A stretch of DNA of 64,000 nt from Candidatus Micrarchaeota archaeon (lineage in GTDB: Archaea > Micrarchaeota > Micrarchaeia > Norongarragalinales > Norongarragalinaceae): assembly GCA_037444485.1 (NCBI GenBank), contig JBBIMI010000001.1, positions 15,526 through 79,525 on the forward strand, given 5' to 3'. The notes under the pieces are model-generated. The model was not told the origin of the DNA, searched no databases, and was given only the letters and a program-made list of their open reading frames with translations. The stretch's first letter is position 1. The number at the start of each line of letters is the position of its first letter. This document shows, piece after piece, positions 47,833-57,053 of the stretch. The position numbers were made by a program, and so were the translations under genes.

Positions 47833-48606
47833 ATGAATGGCAAGGAAAAACGGCCAATCCTACTTGAGCTTGATGCGGTGCACCCTTGCTGGTGTATCGA
47901 GTCTATCAACAAGGTTGAAGGCGCGCAAATAAGCTTAGTCTCTCCTCTTGTTTCTGAAAAAGACGTTTCCTGCGGTTATTATGAATTAAACGCGCCGAAC
48001 GTCGACTTGTTTATTGACACGTTGAAAAAACATCCTTGGGTTAAAGAAATCCTTGTAATCGAGAAAACAAAAAACCATGCTTTCGCGCTGATAAGGTCGC
48101 AGCATGATAAGCTAATGATAGAAACAATGGTTAAAACCGGCGCTCTGCCGCTAGAGCCTACGCTCACGAAAAGCGGTTTCGACACCGTAGCGTTAATCGT
48201 GCCAGACGACAAGACGCTTCGCGTGCTGGCCAGCGCATTGAAAGAGAATTTCGAGTACAAAATTCGGTTTAAAAAATATTTAGTGAAAGAAAAAAAAGTT
48301 GGTGGAGAAAGATTTGGCGGTACAGGATTGTTTTCGTCAACCGACTTCTTGAAATTGAAGCTTGCAACAGAAAGCCTCTCACCAAAACAACGCGAGGCTG
48401 TTATGCTGGCTTCAGAAAAAGGCTATTGGGCAACTCCAAAACGCGTTGATCTAGAAGAACTCGCACGCCTTGCTGGCATAAATAAAGCGACATTCAGCGA
48501 ACACTTGCGTAAAGCTGAAATAAAACTACTTCCGATCATTGCAGACTTGCTGAAAAAACTCGTCTTTAAAAATCCACCAGCCAGCGCTGGCGCAAGACCA
48601 ATATAG
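47833..48606 (+). CDS. Transcriptional regulator with a C-terminal HTH_10 (bacterio-opsin activator-type) helix-turn-helix.
   Basis: LSPKQREAVMLASEKGYWATPKRVDLEELARLAGINKATFSEHLRKAE. Confidence 0.55.
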   Translation: MNGKEKRPILLELDAVHPCWCIESINKVEGAQISLVSPLVSEKDVSCGYYELNAPNVDLFIDTLKKHPWVKEILVIEKTKNHAFALIRSQHDKLMIETMVKTGALPLEPTLTKSGFDTVALIVPDDKTLRVLASALKENFEYKIRFKKYLVKEKKVGGERFGGTGLFSSTDFLKLKLATESLSPKQREAVMLASEKGYWATPKRVDLEELARLAGINKATFSEHLRKAEIKLLPIIADLLKKLVFKNPPASAGARPI

Positions 48607-48628
48607 GGCCACACACACTAATTTAGTT

Positions 48629-50176
48629 ATGGAAGCAAGTCAACCAAAGCACTTCAGCGACGGCGACGAGTGGATGCTAGCTGAAGCCTTTCCAGGCATC
48701 GATTTTTTCTTTAGTCAAATTTTCTTGCATGCATTCGTCAACGACTTAGAAAACAGTGTTGGACGTAATTATTCGAAGGTTCTTGCAGTGTTCGATGGAA
48801 GCAAGGGATACCACATAGCTTTTTATTACGGCAAGCACGATTGTCTAGAGTTCACGCGGCACGTGCTCAACAAAATTGTTGCGGTCCCTTCATTCGGCGA
48901 TGAAATAAACGCTAAAATCCGCCGCTACTCCGACGAGCTCGTGCAGCACGCTGCCAGCATCGCAAATCAAAACTTAGCATCTAAAACCAACGCTGAACTG
49001 TGGGAAATATTAAAAGAACACGTCGAACGGCACACGAAGCTCTACGAGTGGGGCTGGCTGTCAAACGCTACTGACATGTTCTACCCCGAATACACGGATT
49101 ACTTGAAGAATTACTTGCGCTCGAAAACAAACTCAGAAGAGCAAATTAACCAGTTGCTCGTGGCACTCACTGCACCTGAAGAAAAAAGCGAGGAAGCCAA
49201 ACAACAAGAAGAATTCCTGCGCCTAGCCGCGCGGTTGTGGGAAGACAACTACCACCGCGAGCTGATAGCGAAAGCAAGCGAAAGCGAAATAATCGCTAGG
49301 TTAAAACCGTGGGCTAAGCAAGCGCTAGAGGAATTCCACGCGAAGTACGGCGTAATCGGCGCGCTCTACGTAGGCGAGCCTTTCACGCTTGAACACTACG
49401 CATTAGAATTAAAACACTTATTTGCGAAAGGAGTCAGCCCACGCGAAGAGCTTGCCGCGCTCGATTCAGCGCTTGAAAAACGTGCGTTGGAAAAGCAAAG
49501 GCTATTGCACGAGCTTGAAGTGGATGAAAAGCACACGCGCTTGTTCGCAGTTTACGCTGGCTTCATGCTCACTAAATTTTACCGGCGCTACGCGCAAATC
49601 AGAGCGCTTTACGCGATGCGGAGTGTATTAAAGGAAATTGCCCGTCGTTTTGGAATCACGTTGAAACAAGCGCGTTTTATGTTAACGCCAGAATACAAGC
49701 AACTACTCACGCAAGGTGGCTTTAACTTGATGCAATTGCGTGAGCGCGAGAAATTCTGCGTTCTTTACTCCGAGAAAGACTTCGACAAAATCTTTGTAGG
49801 TAAAGAAGCGCGAAAGCTTGCCCCCAGCGCTGAGGAAAAACACGACGCCGAAGTGAAAGAACTGCGGGGGCAATGCGCTCGCGTAGGCAGCGCGCGGGGG
49901 CGCGTTAAAATAATTTTGAGTACAGCCGACTTGCCTAAAATGAGGCAAGGTGACGTGCTTGTTGCAATCGCAACGAATCCTGATGTTGTGCCAGCAATGA
50001 AGAAAGCAAGCGCGATTGTAACTGAACAAGGTGGCGTGACTTGCCATGCGGCGATTGTTTCCCGCGAACTAGGAATTCCTTGTGTAATTGGAACGAAGGT
50101 TGCGACGAAAGTTTTAAAAGATGGTGATTTTGTGGAAGTAGACGCAACGAAGGGCATTGTAAGAAAAGTTGCTTAG
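48629..50176 (+). CDS. Protein with a C-terminal PEP-utilising-enzyme mobile (swivel phospho-His) domain and an N-terminal region of about 400 aa of unknown function.
   Basis: C-terminal VTEQGGVTCHAAIVSRELGIPCVIGT matches the GG.TSHAAI.ARE.GIP.V.G signature of PEP synthase / PPDK mobile domains. Confidence 0.55.
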   Translation: MEASQPKHFSDGDEWMLAEAFPGIDFFFSQIFLHAFVNDLENSVGRNYSKVLAVFDGSKGYHIAFYYGKHDCLEFTRHVLNKIVAVPSFGDEINAKIRRYSDELVQHAASIANQNLASKTNAELWEILKEHVERHTKLYEWGWLSNATDMFYPEYTDYLKNYLRSKTNSEEQINQLLVALTAPEEKSEEAKQQEEFLRLAARLWEDNYHRELIAKASESEIIARLKPWAKQALEEFHAKYGVIGALYVGEPFTLEHYALELKHLFAKGVSPREELAALDSALEKRALEKQRLLHELEVDEKHTRLFAVYAGFMLTKFYRRYAQIRALYAMRSVLKEIARRFGITLKQARFMLTPEYKQLLTQGGFNLMQLREREKFCVLYSEKDFDKIFVGKEARKLAPSAEEKHDAEVKELRGQCARVGSARGRVKIILSTADLPKMRQGDVLVAIATNPDVVPAMKKASAIVTEQGGVTCHAAIVSRELGIPCVIGTKVATKVLKDGDFVEVDATKGIVRKVA

Positions 50177-50222
50177 AGCTTCTTTTCTTTTGATACATGG
50201 TAGAAGCAAATTGCAGTAAAGC

Positions 50223-51365
50223 CTATTTGAATTCAGTTAAGCGCTTTTGTCTTAAAATCCTGCTTTTGGCAAGATAGGCTTCAAGCGGATTCTTCAAACG
50301 CTTTTCTAATTCACTCAAAGCCTCTTTCAAAAAAGAAAACTTTAAGGATTTTCCTTTGAACGCGCGGCGAACGTTTTCCCTAACCTGCCAAACCCCGAGA
50401 GGAATCGCGTAGCCTTCACCAATTTCTCGAAAAACAACGACTCGCGCCTGCAACCGCATTTTATGTAAAGCTTCAACAACTGCAAAGCGTCCAGCATAAT
50501 AGCCGCCGCCTTCGCTTTCAGCATAATCGCTTCTTCCCTCGAAAGGCTCGTACTCGTGCGCGATTCCCAGCGCGCTCGCTGCTTCAGGCGAAAACCAAGC
50601 CTCGAATTGCTCGAACTCCCACTTGCCTGGCACTAACAAAATTTCGAAGTGATTGTAAAGAAACTCGCTCGAATAAATGCGGACCTCACTCAATTCAGGA
50701 AAACCACGCACTTCACTCAAAAAAAAGTCTGCAAGCATCTTGTCGGTGGCAGTAATCCCCCACTTTGTTGGAACAAGTTTTTTCTCTCTCCCAAGAATCC
50801 CGGCTGAAAGCAACTTTTGTACGTAATAAAAATCGAGTCCAGCACTCACGAGTTCTGGAAGCGCCTCGCGAACCAACAACTGGTCTTCAACAATCGAATC
50901 AATTTTCTTTGGAATGCTTGGGTTTCCTGCAATCCGCAGCGACTCGACCTCACCAGCAGGCCCCATCGGCTGAACCCACTGCGAGAAAGTTACTTCTCCC
51001 CGCAGCGGCTTCTCGAATTCAACCTCCAAATCAACTGGTTTAGTCGAAAGCACTACATCCTGGATTTCGGTGAAAAAACGCTCAGGACGTTTAACGTTCT
51101 GCCTATTCGCTCCACGAGCCAACGAAGAACGAAACTCGACGAGTTCAGAATAAGGCCTGCCGAACCACTTGCCAGGCGAATCACATAATTCGGCGTCTAC
51201 TTCGTCATCAAAACCCACTAACGGGCCTGCTGAGACATTGGGGTAATTGTTGTGACCAACAAAAACGTTCGGCGGGCTGGGCCCAAAAACGCTTTTCACG
51301 CTCTTAAAAGGCAACGGGTAAAGTAGCTTTAACTCTTCAACCCGCTCTCTAGAAGAAAAAACCAT
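50223..51365 (-). CDS. Conserved hypothetical protein (possibly an archaeal Nre-like repair-associated family; uncertain).
   Basis: Long ORF of coding composition. ATG at 51365 chosen over the upstream hydrophobic extension. Confidence 0.35.
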   Translation of the reverse strand: MVFSSRERVEELKLLYPLPFKSVKSVFGPSPPNVFVGHNNYPNVSAGPLVGFDDEVDAELCDSPGKWFGRPYSELVEFRSSLARGANRQNVKRPERFFTEIQDVVLSTKPVDLEVEFEKPLRGEVTFSQWVQPMGPAGEVESLRIAGNPSIPKKIDSIVEDQLLVREALPELVSAGLDFYYVQKLLSAGILGREKKLVPTKWGITATDKMLADFFLSEVRGFPELSEVRIYSSEFLYNHFEILLVPGKWEFEQFEAWFSPEAASALGIAHEYEPFEGRSDYAESEGGGYYAGRFAVVEALHKMRLQARVVVFREIGEGYAIPLGVWQVRENVRRAFKGKSLKFSFLKEALSELEKRLKNPLEAYLAKSRILRQKRLTEFK

Positions 51366-51668
51366 TTTTACCGCTAAAGTAGTGAGAAAACCTAGTTTAA
51401 AAAAGCATTCAAACCCTCCTGCCAGTGAAAACACCAGAATGCCCCTAATAGATATCACATAAATATCTTTCAAATACCTCTTACAACTCATTAAAGAACT
51501 AGAATTGTATTATAAAAGGCTTTTAGGAGACTTTTAATCTACCTCTTTATGTAACTATTTGTTTTAACTATTTGTCACTTACACCGCGTAAACGGCACCG
51601 AAAGGTTTAAATATGGCTTTTGCGTTGTTTGTAGACTGCTTTGAGGCAGACTGGCTTGAAAACAGGGT

Positions 51669-52862
51669 TTGTGGGGGTGTGAAGTGACTGAAGTTTTTGA
51701 AGCAAAAGAAAAGCTCTTGAAAGAATTAGGGTGGTCTGAAAACCCGTTCGTCAAAGACCTGCGTACGAGTGATAAGGAGAGCTTTCTCAAATATTACAGG
51801 CCATTCGAAGCCGCTACAATACTTCAAAAAATGGCTTTCGATTCTAAAGCCTGCCTATTGCTCGGGCCCAAGGGAGTTGGAAAAACGTCTGCATTATACT
51901 ATGTTTTATACTCCCTGCCTGTAGAAGAGTTCGACGTAGTTTTTTTGAAGGAACCGCCGCAGAATTTGATGGGATTAGCTGGCGAACTAGGATATCCAAC
52001 AAGGGGTGGTTTCGTAGAATCTATTTTAAGTGTTTTCGGCCGAACGCGTGAAAAAACTGTTTCCCGCGCCGAGTTAATAGATTGGTTAAAAAAACGAGGC
52101 AAGAAACTGGCGCTTTTCGTTGACGAAGCGCATTTGGAAAAGAACCCGGAAATGTTCATGGAATTCAAGTACCTGCTCGACGACGTGCCAAACCTGCGCA
52201 TGATTATTTGCGCTCTAGGCAAGGAAGGATTTCCGGACTCGCTGATTCAACTTATAGGCGAGAATAACGTGTTCCAGCGAAAGGGATTCGATGAAAAGGA
52301 AATGATTGAAATCATTAGTCATCGCATTTCCGCAGTTGGGGGAACAGGCTTGAAGCCTTTTCCAGAAGCTTTTTTGAAGGAAGTCTTCAGCGACCGCAAC
52401 CTTCTCTCACCACGCTACGTGTTCGACGAGCTTAACGCGTTTCTCGCGAGCCTCGCACTCGGTAAAAGCAAGTGGAAAGGCGCTGTAGAATACGCGAACG
52501 ACCCAATCGTGCAAGCAGCCATCGCGCGTTCGCTGGAGGAAGAACGCGAAGCCAAAATAACTACTAGTCACGCTGATTGGTGGGTGCTCTTGACTCCGTC
52601 TCAGAAAACAGTGTTGGAAACGTTGTTGAAGGCTGGAGGTAAGGGCTTGACTCTAAGCGACATTCGTGCTCAGACTAAGCTCAGCGAGAATACTGCCTTC
52701 AATGCACTCTACCAACTCCGCGGTGACGATGAAGCTGAGAAGAAAAGAAAACCGGAAGTGCCGTTCCCGCTAGTACGGGTGCAAACTCGCCTGGTGGGCG
52801 GCAAGAAAAAAAACGTTTACGCGGTCGACGAGAAAATTAAAAACTTGTTTACAATGAGTTGA
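51669..52862 (+). CDS. AAA+ ATPase with a C-terminal winged-helix domain (Orc1/Cdc6-like or archaeal ATPase family).
   Basis: Walker A LLGPKGVGKTS, Walker B LFVDEAHL, and a C-terminal wHTH-like segment LSDIRAQTKLSENTAFNALYQL. Confidence 0.5.
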   Translation: MWGCEVTEVFEAKEKLLKELGWSENPFVKDLRTSDKESFLKYYRPFEAATILQKMAFDSKACLLLGPKGVGKTSALYYVLYSLPVEEFDVVFLKEPPQNLMGLAGELGYPTRGGFVESILSVFGRTREKTVSRAELIDWLKKRGKKLALFVDEAHLEKNPEMFMEFKYLLDDVPNLRMIICALGKEGFPDSLIQLIGENNVFQRKGFDEKEMIEIISHRISAVGGTGLKPFPEAFLKEVFSDRNLLSPRYVFDELNAFLASLALGKSKWKGAVEYANDPIVQAAIARSLEEEREAKITTSHADWWVLLTPSQKTVLETLLKAGGKGLTLSDIRAQTKLSENTAFNALYQLRGDDEAEKKRKPEVPFPLVRVQTRLVGGKKKNVYAVDEKIKNLFTMS

Positions 52863-53113
52863 CGTTTAAACATTCAAGCTTGCATTCTTGGTTTTGGATT
52901 CTAGGAGGTGGAAAAATGGATTACGGCGAAAAAACTATTGCTGAAGTCTTTAGAGAACTCGCTGCAAGCAACGCTGCCTTCAAATTCGCTGCTCGAGGCG
53001 ACAACGTTAAAGTAAGCGTGGACGGACTGCATTCCGCATTAGTTCGCCGCATTAGTGTCCGTTATTAGGCGTTTGTTATAGTTGTTTGTTATAGTTGGTG
53101 GGGGTGAAGTTGA

Positions 53114-53350
53114 TTGACTTCAAAAGTGTTTTCGTTGTACGACGCTGACAAACTCTTGCGTCAAGCAGGCGCGGAACGCGTGGACGAGAAAGCGAGCAAG
53201 AAGCTTTGCGAGTTGCTTGAAGATTCTGGAAAAGAAATCATGCTTAAAGCGCGCGTGTACGCGCGGCACGCCGGTAGAAAAGAAATCACTAAAAACGACG
53301 TTTTCCTTGCTGCTGGAATGCTGCAAGAAGTTTTAACAACGCGGGTTTGA
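53114..53350 (+). CDS. Archaeal histone (HMf family histone fold).
   Basis: LLRQAGAERVDEKASKKLCELLEDSGKEIMLKARVYARHAGRKEITKNDVFLAAGM parallels HMfB ([53 protein letters not shown]). TTG start. Confidence 0.8.
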   Translation: MTSKVFSLYDADKLLRQAGAERVDEKASKKLCELLEDSGKEIMLKARVYARHAGRKEITKNDVFLAAGMLQEVLTTRV

Positions 53351-53606
53351 TGGCGCGAGTTTTTGTTGGTTTGTTTTTTGTTGGACGTGATTTTGCTGGT
53401 TTAAGCGGTTCAGGGTGGGTTGAATCTAATTCTGTTGAACCGCTTGCTTTCAGGCAAAAAAAAGCCTTTTGAGCGGGCGTTTCTGTCCGCTCCTCATTCT
53501 TTTCACCTCTAAAAACTTGTTTACAAGCACAAACAAAAAGGTATAAATATAGTATTGCATAGTATTGACGTTTGTTGTGCTCTTGAATTGTTTTTGGGTG
53601 TTTTGA

Positions 53607-53762
53607 GTGGTTGAAGTGCTTATAGTTAAACTGCCTGATGGCACGAAGGCTGCGTTGAAGAAGGTGGCGCAGGACGGCGGGTACATGCACTTGAGTGATT
53701 TGGTGCGTGACTGGATTCGGCAGGGTTTGATGGCTGCAAAAAGTAAAGGATTAAACAGGTAA
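53607..53762 (+). CDS. Small ribbon-helix-helix-like protein (51 aa; GTG start), preceded by a BRE/TATA-like aaaaaggtataaatat.
   Basis: VKLPDGTKAALKKVAQDGGYMHLSDLVRDWIRQGL resembles beta-strand-helix-helix (CopG/Arc-like) proteins. Confidence 0.3.
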   Translation: MVEVLIVKLPDGTKAALKKVAQDGGYMHLSDLVRDWIRQGLMAAKSKGLNR

Positions 53763-53957
53763 AACAAACAAGACTGAAGGCGCGAGCGTTACGCGCTCGC
53801 GCAGTCTCTCGAGTATTTCGCCGACTTTTCTAGCGAGTATTAGAGCTTGTTTTTGCATGCGGTGATGCTGCAGAAAATAAAAAAATTTTTTTTCGCTTAT
53901 AGTTTTTTCGTTTTATTGTTTTAGTTCGTTTTATTGTTTTTTTAGTGAAAACTCGGC

Positions 53958-55361
53958 TTAAACGCGGTATTCTTTGCCGAGGCTCGGTACGAAGACTTCG
54001 ATTTGCTTTTTTTGTGATGTAGCCCATTCTTCGATTGCTTCAGCGAGCTCGAAGGGTTTTGTTGCTTCGCCGTGTATGACGAACACTTTCTTCAAGCCTT
54101 GAGTGCTTTTAACGAAAGCCATTAATTCGTTGAAATCGCTGTGCGCGCTGATTGGCGCTTGAACGACTTCGAGATTCATCTGAAAAACCTCGTCGTCGAA
54201 CTTTAATTCTTTCGCGCCGTCCAACAACTCGCGTCCGCGAGTGCCTTTTGCTTGGTAGCCGACGAAGATAATCTTGTTCTTCGGGTCTGCACCCAAGTGT
54301 TTTAAGTACGTGAGTACGGGTCCGCCGTTAAGCATCCCGCTTGTCGTGACTATGATGGCTTTGTCTTGCGCTAGCACGTCGCTGCGGTCTCTCGTTTCCG
54401 GATAGTAATAGAACTTGCTTTTGAACGGGTCATCTTCGCTTGTAAGGATTCGGTGTTGGACTTCGCGTTTTAAGTAAATCGCGTTATGCCTGTAAATGCG
54501 GAGGACTTTCTTGATCATGCCGTCTATGTAGATTGGTGCTTCTGGAATCGCGCCTGAACGCATGAAGTTTTCGAGCGCGAACAAGATTTCTTGTCCGCGT
54601 CCGATTCCGAATGTCGGTATTATTACTTTTCCGCCTTTCTTGAAGGTTTCCTTAATGCTTTCAGAGAGAATGCGGCCGGATTCCTTGAGTGAAGGGTGCT
54701 TGTCTGCTTTGCTGCCGTAAGTGCTTTCTATGATAAGCGCGTCGGCTGTCAGATTCGGTTTAGCGCCTTCAAGCAATCGGGTGGCGCGCAAGTTCAAGTC
54801 TCCAGTGTAAAGCAGTTTCTTGCCGTTCGCGCGGATTTCAATCATCGCGCTGCCTAGAATGTGGCCAGCGTCGTGAAACGCGATTTCGTAACCTTTAGAC
54901 AGTTGATGCTGGCGGCGGCGTTCGCGGCCGGCCTCGTTTTGCTGTTGTTGTGCTCGCGTTGAAGCAGGCCGTCCGTCGGCTTCAACTATCTCTGTGTTCA
55001 CCAAAAGCATTTTTACGTCCTCCTGCCTGTAAGGTGAAGCGTGTTGGTTGATGCGTAAGTAATCCGCTAGAAGAACTTGAATCAAATCCCGCGTTGGCTT
55101 CGTCAAAAACGTTTTGCCGCGAAAACCAGCTTCGTATAACGCGGGAAGAAAGCCACTGTGGTCTAAGTGCGCGTGCGTCAACGCGACTGCGTCAAGCGAA
55201 CGCATTTGCTTTTCTTCGAGCAGCGGGTGTTCTTCTTCGTCTTCCTCGAGCTTAATGCCGCAGTCGAGCAGAACGCGTTTCGTTCTTGAACTGTTCTGGG
55301 TTTCGACTAGGATGCTGGAGCGTCCGATTTCTCGGGCTCCGCCTAAAAAGTATAATTTCAA
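53958..55361 (-). CDS. Metallo-beta-lactamase / beta-CASP ribonuclease (aCPSF2 / RNase J-like).
   Basis: MKLYFLGGAREIGRSS, HAHLDHSG, and beta-CASP C-terminal motifs. Contains a Q/R-rich insert (RAQQQQNEAGRERRRQHQ). Confidence 0.7.
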   Translation of the reverse strand: MKLYFLGGAREIGRSSILVETQNSSRTKRVLLDCGIKLEEDEEEHPLLEEKQMRSLDAVALTHAHLDHSGFLPALYEAGFRGKTFLTKPTRDLIQVLLADYLRINQHASPYRQEDVKMLLVNTEIVEADGRPASTRAQQQQNEAGRERRRQHQLSKGYEIAFHDAGHILGSAMIEIRANGKKLLYTGDLNLRATRLLEGAKPNLTADALIIESTYGSKADKHPSLKESGRILSESIKETFKKGGKVIIPTFGIGRGQEILFALENFMRSGAIPEAPIYIDGMIKKVLRIYRHNAIYLKREVQHRILTSEDDPFKSKFYYYPETRDRSDVLAQDKAIIVTTSGMLNGGPVLTYLKHLGADPKNKIIFVGYQAKGTRGRELLDGAKELKFDDEVFQMNLEVVQAPISAHSDFNELMAFVKSTQGLKKVFVIHGEATKPFELAEAIEEWATSQKKQIEVFVPSLGKEYRV

Positions 55362-55683
55362 CTATTAAAACACTTTTTCAAATTTTAAACTCTTGAATTG
55401 CTTGCTCGGTTTTTCGCTTGCTCAGTTTTCGTCCGTCTCCGGCGGAAACAAGCTCTTTTCCGCAAAGAAGCTTGTTTTCGCAACTAGGAGACTAATCGAA
55501 AAAAGAATTGCAAGTATTACGTGTCGATAGGAGTATATAAACCAACCCCAGTTCGCCGATTAACGGTGCAGTTCTTTTTTTCGCGTTTGACCGCGCGCGA
55601 CGCGCGTTTAGCGTTCACCGAGTTTTTTATTCCAGCGTAGTCATAATACTAAGGGAGTTGTTGCATACTAACAGGGTTATTGC

Positions 55684-56436
55684 ATGATGGCGATGGGTTT
55701 AGACGACCTAAAGAATTTCTTGAAGTCTAAAAAAAGCGTGGGAAAGACTAAGCGGAAGCACGCTGCAGAGATGGGGGAGAGTATCGGAGAAAAGCTTTCT
55801 TCGTTAGAGGAAGAGATTTCTGTTTGCAAGACGCGGGAACTGCTTTACAGAAAGATTCTAGAACGCTATTCTGAAATGATCGGGTTAAGCGAGGAAAAAA
55901 CTATTCCTGAATTGAAGGCGCTTGTAAACGCGGGGGACGCGAACGTTTTAGAAGTGAAGCAAAAAATTTTAGGAGAATTGCAAACGCTGCGGGGCCCAGA
56001 GTTTTCTTACGCGTTTGAAAAAGATTTTCTCGACTACGCGGGAAAGGCGTTCGAATTCGTTTCTTCGCTTCGCGAGGTTCACGCGAACTTGAGTTTTTCC
56101 TACTGGCTTTCACCGAAAGAAATTTTAGAGTTAGGGGCTGCCGACGCTTTCGACAAAGCGATTTTCTTGTGCTCGCTTCTCAAAGCCGGTGGTTGCGGCA
56201 ACGCGCGCGTGCGAGTTTTCGAGCTCGAGGGGGGTTTGAAGCACGCAGTAGTCGTTTTCGAATTCGCTAACATGTTTTACGTTTTCGATTCTTCGCGGCG
56301 CGAGCCGAACGCGAGGCTTTCGGCGCCGACTGCGGACGAAGCGTTGAAAGAATTTTGCTGCGACGGAAAGAAAGTGACGCGCTCGCTTTACGAGTTCAAC
56401 GACTCTGAATACAATGAGTTTGGTGAGGAAGAATAA
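55684..56436 (+). CDS. Hypothetical protein, possibly transglutaminase-like (Cys-His-Asp) fold.
   Basis: AIFLCSLLKAGGCGNARV...GLKHAVVVFEF...VFDSS has the spacing of a papain/transglutaminase-like triad. Weak call. Confidence 0.3.
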   Translation: MMAMGLDDLKNFLKSKKSVGKTKRKHAAEMGESIGEKLSSLEEEISVCKTRELLYRKILERYSEMIGLSEEKTIPELKALVNAGDANVLEVKQKILGELQTLRGPEFSYAFEKDFLDYAGKAFEFVSSLREVHANLSFSYWLSPKEILELGAADAFDKAIFLCSLLKAGGCGNARVRVFELEGGLKHAVVVFEFANMFYVFDSSRREPNARLSAPTADEALKEFCCDGKKVTRSLYEFNDSEYNEFGEEE

Positions 56437-56476
56437 GCGAACCACAGGCAGGAGGCGTCCAAAGTTTTCGGTGTTT

Positions 56477-56683
56477 TCAGAGTTTCTTGAGTTTAGCTAA
56501 AAACTTTTTGTGAATTCGCACAGTATCGCGCAAGTGCTGCGCGAACGAACGCTTTTTCGAAAGCAGTTGCTTGTGAATCTTCAACTCGTCGCGCGCGTGC
56601 TCTCGCCAGGCGTCCGCAAAATTGTGGAGTTTCCTGGCTAGCGCGCGTTTTCGGTTTTCAGATTTCTTGCTTTTTCCAACCAT
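56477..56683 (-). CDS. Small basic hypothetical protein.
   Basis: 68-aa K/R-rich ORF. Confidence 0.25.
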   Translation of the reverse strand: MVGKSKKSENRKRALARKLHNFADAWREHARDELKIHKQLLSKKRSFAQHLRDTVRIHKKFLAKLKKL

Positions 56684-56797
56684 TTTCGTACCACATTGCG
56701 AATGAATCCTGAGAGTATGAAGAAAGGCACGGGTTTAAATATTTCGTTTCGCAAAAAAAATTCCTTGAAGGTTTGAAGAAGCTAGTTTTCTGGAGAG

Positions 56798-57016
56798 TTG
56801 AATTTTTCTAGAGGGTTGAATTTTTTGGGCGTTGACATCAACAGCAAGTGTTTTTACTGTGCGGGCTGCGTTTCAGTCTGCCCCACGCTCGCGTTGACGC
56901 TTGAAGAAAACAAGATTGTCTGCGATTTTTCGAAATGCACCGACTGCGGAATTTGCATTAAAGCGTGTCCGGTTAAAGCGATTTCCTTCCACTCAAGCAA
57001 AAAGAAACAAGGTTGA
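56798..57016 (+). CDS. 2x[4Fe-4S] ferredoxin (partner of geranylgeranyl reductase).
   Basis: CFYCAGCVSVCP and CTDCGICIKACP motifs. Immediately upstream of GGR. Confidence 0.7.
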   Translation: MNFSRGLNFLGVDINSKCFYCAGCVSVCPTLALTLEENKIVCDFSKCTDCGICIKACPVKAISFHSSKKKQG

Positions 57017-57053
57017 ATAAGAACAAGTTGAATAAGAACAAGTTGAATAAGGA

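Noticed and set aside
52917-53068. Small ORF (MDYGEKTIAEVFRELAASNAAFKFAARGDNVKVSVDGLHS...) between the AAA+ ATPase and the histone
   Set aside because: It could be a genuine about-50-aa protein with weak histone-fold-like flavour (AGAER-like 'AARGDNV'). The evidence is too thin to call, so it is left unannotated.
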